A DNA stretch of 64,000 bases from Auanema rhodensis (taxonomy: Eukaryota > Animalia > Nematoda), in assembly GCA_964057225.1 (NCBI GenBank), contig OZ059895.1, positions 10,726,001-10,790,000 of the forward strand. The letters are read 5' to 3'. Position 1 is the stretch's first letter; each line of letters starts with the position of its first letter. Under the pieces are notes generated by a model, which was given only the letters and a program-made list of their open reading frames with translations, did not search any database and had not been told where the DNA came from. Made by a program: the position numbers and the translations under genes. Below, one piece after another: positions 55,901-64,000 of this stretch.

Positions 55901-58900
55901 TAATTTTATCTCTTCCGTAACAAATGTTTCCAATTTTCAAGCAGTTTTACTTAGATAGCAAAACCCAAGGCAGCAAATTATCTTTAATCTTGATTCTATA
56001 TTACAGCTATGAACCAGTAGTTAATGAACCTCCATGGCCGGTTAGTAGTTGGATCGGAGACGGCTTGGGAATCCTGGGTGGCGTAAGCTTCTCAAATTTT
56101 TTTAACAATCATAACACGTTAAAAGTACGCCATGCAGCTGATTTTTAATTTTGTCTCTTCCGTAACAAATTTATTCAATTTTCAAGCAGTTTTACTTAGA
56201 TAGCTCAAACCACGGCAGCAAATTATCTTCAATCTTATTTCTATATTACAGTTATGAACCAGTAGTTAATGAACCTTCATGGCCCGGTTAGTAGTTGGAT
56301 CGGAGACGGCTTTGGGAATCCCGGATGGCGTAAGCTTTTCAAATTTTTTTAACAATCATAACACGTTGAAAATACGCCATGCAGCTGATTTTTAATTTTA
56401 TCTGTTCCGTAACAAATGTTTTCAATTTTCAAGCAGTTTTACTTAGACAGCTCAACCCAAGGCAGCAAATTATCTCCAGTCTTATTTCTATATTACAGTT
56501 ATGAACCAGTTGTTAATGAACCTTCATGGCCCGGTTAGTAGTTGGATCGGAGACGGCTTGGGAATCCCGGATGGCGTAAACTTTTCAAATTTTTTTAACA
56601 ATCATAACATGTTGAAAGTACGCCATGCAGCTCATTTTTAATTTTATCTCTTCCGTAACAAATGTTTCCAATTTTCAAGCAGTTTTACTTAGATAGCTCA
56701 ACCCAAGGCAGCAAATTATCTTCAGTCTTATTTCTATATTACAGTTATGAACCAGTTGTTAATGAACCTTCATGGCTCGGTTAGTAGTTGGATCGGAGAC
56801 GGCTTGGGAATCCCGGATGGCGTAAACTTTTCAAATTTTTTTAACAATCATAACATGTTGAAAGTACGCCATGCAGCTGATTTTTAATTTTATCTCTTCC
56901 GTAACAAATGTTTCCAATTTTCAAGCAGTTTTACTTAGATAGCTCAACCCAAGGCAGCAAATTATCTTTAATCTTATTTCTATATTACAGTTATGAACCA
57001 GTAGTTAATGAACCTTCATGGCCCGGTTAGTAGTTGGATCGGAGACGGCTTGGGAATCCCGGGTGGCGTAAGCTTTTCAAATTTTTTTAACAATCATAAC
57101 ACGTTGAAAATACGCCATTCAGCTGATTTTCAATTTTATCTCTTCCGTAATAAATGTTTTCAATTTTCAAGCAGTTTTACTTAGATAGCTCAACCCAAGG
57201 CAGCAAATTATCTTTAATCTTATTTCTATATTACAGTTATGAACCAGTAGTTAATGAACCTTCATGGCCCGGTTAGTAGTTGGATCGGAGACGGCTTGGG
57301 AATCCCGGGTGGCGTAAGCTTTTCAAATTTTTTTAACAATCATAACACGTTGAAAGTACGCCATTCAGCTGATTTTCAATTTTATCTCTTCCGTAATAAA
57401 TGTTTTCAATTTTCAAGCAGTCTTACTTAGATAGCAAAACCCAAGGCAGCAATTTATCTTTAATCTTGATTCTATATCACAGCTATGAACCAGTAGTTAA
57501 TGAACCTCCATGGCCGGTTAGTAGTTGGATCGGAGACGGCTTTGGAATCCCGGGTGGCGTAAGCTTTTCAAATTTTTTTAACAATCATAACACGTTAAAA
57601 GTACGCCATGCAGCTGATTTTTAATTTTGTCTCTTCCGTAACAAATTTATTCAATTTTCAAGCAGTTTTACTTAGATAGCTCAAACCACGGCAGCAAATT
57701 ATCTTCAATCTTATTTCTATATTACAGTTATGAACCAGTAGTTAATGAATCTTCATGGCCCGGTTAGTAGTTGGATCGGAGACGGCTTTGAGAATCCCGG
57801 ATGGCGTAAGCTTTTCAAATTTTTTTAACAATCATAACACGTTGAAAATACGCCATTCAGCTGATTTTCAATTTTATCTCTTCCGTAATAAATGTTTTCA
57901 ATTTTCAAGCAGTCTTACTTAGATAGCAAAACCCAAGGCAGCAAATTATCTTTAATCTTGATTCTATATTACAGCTATGAACCAGTAGTTAATGAACCTC
58001 CATGGCCGGTTAGTAGTTGGATCGGAGACGGCTTGGGAAACCCGGGTGGCGTAAACTTTTCAAATTTTTTTAACAATCATAACACGTTGAAAGTACGCCA
58101 TGCAGCTGATTTTTAATTTTATCTCTTCCGTAACAAATGTTTCCAATTTTCAAGCAGTTTTACTTAGATAGCTCAACCCAAGGCAGCAAATTATCTTTAA
58201 TCTTATTTCTATATTACAGTTATGAACCAGTAGTTAATGAACCTTCATGGCCCGGTTAGTAGTTGGATCGGAGACGGCTTTGGGAATCCCGGATGGCGTA
58301 AGCTTTTCAAATTTTTTTAACAATCATAACACGTTGAAAATACGCCATTCAGCTGATTTTCAATTTTATCTCTTCCGTAATAAATGTTTTCAATTTTCAA
58401 GCAGTCTTACTTAGATAGCAAAACCCAAGGCAGCAAATTATCTTTAATCTTGATTCTATATTACAGCTATGAACCAGTAGTTAATGAACCTCCATGGCCG
58501 GTTAGTAGTTGGATCGGAGACGGCTTGGGAATCCCGGATGGCGTAAACTTTTCAAATTTTTTTAACAATCATAACACGTTGAAAGTACGCCATGCAGCTG
58601 AATTTTAATTTTATCTCTTCCGTAACAAATGTTTCCAATTTTCAAGCAGTTTTACTTAGATAGCAAAACCCAAGGCAGCAAATTATCTTTAATCTTGATT
58701 CTATATTACAGCTATGAACCAGTAGTTAATGAACCTCCATGGCCGGTTAGTAGTTGGATCGGAGACGGCTTGGGAATCCTGGGTGGCGTAAGCTTCTCAA
58801 ATTTTTTTAACAATCATAACACGTTAAAAGTACGCCATGCAGCTGATTTTTAATTTTGTCTCTTCCGTAACAAATTTATTCAATTTTCAAGCAGTTTTAC

Positions 58901-61900
58901 TTAGATAGCTCAAACCACGGCAGCAAATTATCTTCAATCTTATTTCTATATTACAGTTATGAACCAGTAGTTAATGAACCTTCATGGCCCGGTTAGTAGT
59001 TGGATCGGAGACGGCTTTGGGAATCCCGGATGGCGTAAGCTTTTCAAATTTTTTTAACAATCATAACACGTTGAAAATACGCCATGCAGCTGATTTTTAA
59101 TTTTATCTGTTCCGTAACAAATGTTTTCAATTTTCAAGCAGTTTTACTTAGACAGCTCAACCCAAGGCAGCAAATTATCTTCAGTCTTATTTCTATATTA
59201 CAGTTATGAACCAGTTGTTAATGAACCTTCATGGCTCGGTTAGTAGTTGGATCGGAGACGGCTTGGGAATCCCGGATGGCGTAAACTTTTCAAATTTTTT
59301 TAACAATCATAACATGTTGAAAGTACGCCATGCAGCTGATTTTTAATTTTATCTCTTCCGTAACAAATGTTTCCAATTTTCAAGCAGTTTTACTTAGAGA
59401 GCTCAACCCAAGGCAGCAAATTATCTTTAATCTTATTTCTATATTACAGTTATGAACCAGTAGTTAATGAACCTTCATGGCCCGGTTAGTAGTTGGATCG
59501 GAGACGGCTTGGGAATCCCGGGTGGCGTAAGCTTTTCAAATTTTTTTAACAATCATAACACGTTGAAAGTACGCCATTCAGCTGATTTTCAATTTTATCT
59601 CTTCCGTAATAAATGTTTTCAATTTTCAAGCAGTCTTACTTAGATAGCAAAACCCAAGGCAGCAAATTATCTTTAATCTTGATTCTATATTACAGCTATG
59701 AACCAGTAGTTAATGAACCTCCATGGCCGGTTAGTAGTTGGATCGGAGACGGCTTGGGAATCCCGGGTGGCGTAAGCTTTTCAAATTTTTTTAACAATCA
59801 TAACACGTTAAAAGTACGCCATGCAGCTGATTTCTAATTTTGTCTCTTCCGTAACAAATTTATTCAATTTTCAAGCAGTTTTACTTAGATAGCTCAAACC
59901 ACGGCAGCAAATTATCTTCAATCTTATTTCTATATTACAGTTATGAACCAGTAGTTAATGAACCTTCATGGCCCGGTTAGTAGTTGGATCGGAGACGGCT
60001 TTGGGAATCCCGGATAGCGTAAGCTTTTCAAATTTTCTTAACAATCATAACACGTTGAAAATACGCCATGCAGCTGATTTTTAATTTTATCTGTTCCGTA
60101 ACAAATGTTTTCAATTTTCAAGCAGTTTTACTTAGACAGCTCAACCCAAGGCAGCAAATTATCTTCAGTCTTATTTCTATATTACAGTTATGAACCAGTT
60201 GTTAATGAACCTTCATGGCTCGGTTAGTAGTTGGATCGGAGACGGCTTTGGGAATCCCGGGTGGAGTAAACTTTTCAAATTTTTTTAACAATCATAACAC
60301 GTTGAAAATACGCCATTCAGCTGATTTTCAATTTTATCTCTTCCGTAATAAATGTTTTCAATTTTCAAGCAGTCTTACTTAGATAGCAAAACCCAAGGCA
60401 GCAAATTATCTTCAGTCTTATTTCTATATTACAGTTATGAACCAGTTGTTAATGAACCTCCATGGCCGGTTAGTAGTTGGATCGGAGACGGCTTGGGAAT
60501 CCTGGGTGGCGTAAGCTTCTCAAATTTTTTTAACAATCATAACATGTTGAAAGTACGCCATGCAGCTGATTTTTAATTTTATCTCTTCCGTAACAAATGT
60601 TTCCAATTTTCAAGCAGTTTTACTTAGATAGCTCAACCCAAGGCAGCAAATTATCTTTAATCTTATTTCTATATTACAGTTATGAACCAGTAGTTAATGA
60701 ACCTTCATGGCCCGGTTAGTAGTTGGATCGGAGACGGCTTGGGAATCCCGGGTGGCGTAAGCTTTTCAAATTTTTTTAACAATCATAACACGTTGAAAGT
60801 ACGCCATTCAGCTGATTTTCAATTTTATCTCTTCCGTAATAAATGTTTTCAATTTTCAAGCAGTCTTACTTAGATAGCAAAACCCAAGGCAGCAATTTAT
60901 CTTTAATCTTGATTCTATATCACAGCTATGAACCAGTAGTTAATGAACCTCCATGGCCGGTTAGTAGTTGGATCGGAGACGGCTTTGGAATCCCGGGTGG
61001 CGTAAGCTTTTCAAATTTTTTTAACAATCATAACACGTTAAAAGTACGCCATGCAGCTGATTTTTAATTTTGTCTCTTCCGTAACAAATTTATTCAATTT
61101 TCAAGCAGTTTTACTTAGATAGCTCAAACCACGGCAGCAAATTATCTTCAATCTTATTTCTATATTACAGTTATGAACCAGTAGTTAATGAACCTCCATG
61201 GCCGGTTAGTAGTTGGATCGGAGACGGCTTGGGAATCCCGGATGGCGTAAACTTTTCAAATTTTTTCAACAATCATAACACGTTGAAAGTACGCCATGCA
61301 GCTGATTTTTAATTTTATCTCTTCCGTAACAAATGTTTCCAATTTTCAAGCAGTTTTACTTAGATAGCAAAACCCAAGGCAGCAAATTATCTTTAATCTT
61401 GATTCTATATTACAGCTATGAACCAGTAGTTAATGAACCTTCATGGCCCGGTTAGTAGTTGGATCGGAGACGGCTTGGGAATCCCGGGTGGCGTAAGCTT
61501 TTCAAATTTTTTTAACAATCATAACACGTTGAAAGTACGCCATTCAGCTGATTTTCAATTTTATCTCTTCCGTAATAAATGTTTTCAATTTTCAAGCAGT
61601 CTTACTTAGATAGCAAAACCCAAGGCAGCAATTTATCTTTAATCTTGATTCTATATCACAGCTATGAACCAGTAGTTAATGAACCTCCATGGCCGGTTAG
61701 TAGTTGGATCGGAGACGGCTTTGGAATCCCGGGTGGCGTAAGCTTTTCAAATTTTTTTAACAATCATAACACGTTAAAAGTACGCCATGCAGCTGATTTT
61801 TAATTTTGTCTCTTCCGTAACAAATTTATTCAATTTTCAAGCAGTTTTACTTAGATAGCTCAAACCACGGCAGCAAATTATCTTCAATCTTATTTCTATA

Positions 61901-64000
61901 TTACAGTTATGAACCAGTAGTTAATGAATCTTCATGGCCCGGTTAGTAGTTGGATCGGAGACGGCTTTGAGAATCCCGGATGGCGTAAGCTTTTCAAATT
62001 TTTTTAACAATCATAACACGTTGAAAATACGCCATTCAGCTGATTTTCAATTTTATCTCTTCCGTAATAAATGTTTTCAATTTTCAAGCAGTCTTACTTA
62101 GATAGCAAAACCCAAGGCAGCAAATTATCTTTAATCTTGATTCTATATTACAGCTATGAACCAGTAGTTAATGAACCTCCATGGCCGGTTAGTAGTTGGA
62201 TCGGAGACGGCTTGGGAAACCCGGGTGGCGTAAACTTTTCAAATTTTTTTAACAATCATAACACGTTGAAAGTACGCCATGCAGCTGATTTTTAATTTTA
62301 TCTCTTCCGTAACAAATGTTTCCAATTTTCAAGCAGTTTTACTTAGATAGCTCAACCCAAGGCAGCAAATTATCTTTAATCTTATTTCTATATTACAGTT
62401 ATGAACCAGTAGTTAATGAACCTTCATGGCCCGGTTAGTAGTTGGATCGGAGACGGCTTTGGGAATCCCGGATGGCGTAAGCTTTTCAAATTTTTTTAAC
62501 AATCATAACACGTTGAAAATACGCCATTCAGCTGATTTTCAATTTTATCTCTTCCGTAATAAATGTTTTCAATTTTCAAGCAGTCTTACTTAGATAGCAA
62601 AACCCAAGGCAGCAAATTATCTTTAATCTTGATTCTATATTACAGCTATGAACCAGTAGTTAATGAACCTCCATGGCCGGTTAGTAGTTGGATCGGAGAC
62701 GGCTTGGGAATCCCGGATGGCGTAAACTTTTCAAATTTTTTTAACAATCATAACACGTTGAAAGTACGCCATGCAGCTGATTTTTAATTTTATCTCTTCC
62801 GTAACAAATGTTTCCAATTTTCAAGCAGTTTTACTTAGATAGCAAAACCCAAGGTAGCAAATTATCTTTAATCTTGATTCTATATTACAGCTATGAACCA
62901 GTAGTTAATGAACCTCCATGGCCGGTTAGTAGTTGGATCGGAGACGGCTTGGGAATCCTGGGTGGCGTAAGCTTCTCAAATTTTTTTAACAATCATAACA
63001 CGTTAAAAGTACGCCATGCAGCTGATTTTTAATTTTGTCTCTTCCGTAACAAATTTATTCAATTTTCAAGCAGTTTTACTTAGATAGCTCAAACCACGGC
63101 AGCAAATTATCTTCAATCTTATTTCTATATTACAGTTATGAACCAGTAGTTAATGAACCTTCATGGCCCGGTTAGTAGTTGGATCGGAGACGGCTTTGGG
63201 AATCCCGGATGGCGTAAGCTTTTCAAATTTTTTTAACAATCATAACACGTTGAAAATACGCCATGCAGCTGATTTTTAATTTTATCTGTTCCGTAACAAA
63301 TGTTTTCAATTTTCAAGCAGTTTTACTTAGACAGCTCAACCCAAGGCAGCAAATTATCTTCAGTCTTATTTCTATATTACAGTTATGAACCAGTTGTTAA
63401 TGAACCTTCATGGCTCGGTTAGTAGTTGGATCGGAGACGGCTTGGGAATCCCGGATGGCGTAAACTTTTCAAATTTTTTTAACAATCATAACATGTTGAA
63501 AGTACGCCATGCAGCTGATTTTTAATTTTATCTCTTCCGTAACAAATGTTTCCAATTTTCAAGCAGTTTTACTTAGATAGCTCAACCCAAGGCAGCAAAT
63601 TATCTTTAATCTTATTTCTATATTACAGTTATGAACCAGTAGTTAATGAACCTTCATGGCCCGGTTAGTAGTTGGATCGGAGACGGCTTGGGAATCCCGG
63701 GTGGCGTAAGCTTTTCAAATTTTTTTAACAATCATAACACGTTGAAAGTACGCCATTCAGCTGATTTTCAATTTTATCTCTTCCGTAATAAATGTTTTCA
63801 ATTTTCAAGCAGTCTTACTTAGATAGCAAAACCCAAGGCAGCAAATTATCTTTAATCTTGATTCTATATTACAGCTATGAACCAGTAGTTAATGAACCTC
63901 CATGGCCGGTTAGTAGTTGGATCGGAGACGGCTTGGGAATCCCGGGTGGCGTAAGCTTTTCAAATTTTTTTAACAATCATAACACGTTAAAAGTACGCCA
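49930..64000 (+). repeat. 10-monomer higher-order repeat (2458 bp) with 11-mer (2705 bp) and 17-mer (4179 bp) derivatives
   Basis: The equivalent ORF trio starts at 50271, 52729, 55187, 57892 and 62071, giving spacings of 2458, 2458, 2705 and 4179. Confidence 0.9.

Larger units (their letters stand above)
1..64000 (+). repeat. Tandem satellite DNA array, ~246 bp monomer, ~260 copies, 5S rDNA-derived
   Basis: The same motifs recur every 244-247 bp (e.g. the box A-like motif at 1, 247, 492). ORF starts are spaced at multiples of ~245.7. No inversion or foreign insertion was seen. Confidence 0.99.

Noticed and set aside
890-63032. About 90 short 60-91 aa ORFs (MFSIFKQSYLDSKTQG...) as a tandem peptide gene family
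   Set aside because: They exist only in monomers that happen to combine the ATG allele with the 1-bp-shorter GGCCGG allele. Most monomers are frameshifted or lack the start, C-termini vary with homopolymer length, and the frame runs across 5S-derived sequence.
1-64000. Functional 5S rDNA cluster
   Set aside because: There is no contiguous ~119 nt 5S: the two parts are separated by ~120 bp, and helices I-III are disrupted.
1-64000. CRISPR array
   Set aside because: There are no unique spacers; the entire 246 bp unit repeats.

Overview
The whole 64 kb window is one uninterrupted, head-to-tail, single-orientation satellite array of a ~244-247 bp monomer (~260 copies; the array runs off both ends). 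There are no credible protein-coding genes: the ORF track is just the monomer read repeatedly. The monomer is built from a split and rearranged 5S rRNA gene of nematode type. The 5S 3' part (nt ~50-119: AGTTAA box A region, GGTTAGTA, GGATCGGAGACGG box C/loop D, GTAAGC-TTTT terminator) is followed after only ~12 bp by the 5S 5' part (nt ~4-43, ACAATCATAACACGTTGAAAGTACGCCAT), then by ~120 bp of AT-rich non-5S DNA. The Pol III internal control region and terminator therefore remain contiguous, but now sit behind a foreign 49-nt leader that starts GC at the canonical +1 spacing. Monomers are mosaics of biallelic variants, arranged in regional domains and local higher-order repeats (3-, 4-, 5-, 8-, 10-, 12-, 17- and 21-mers). 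The 5S comparison was made by eye against remembered C. elegans/metazoan 5S sequences and needs a database check.
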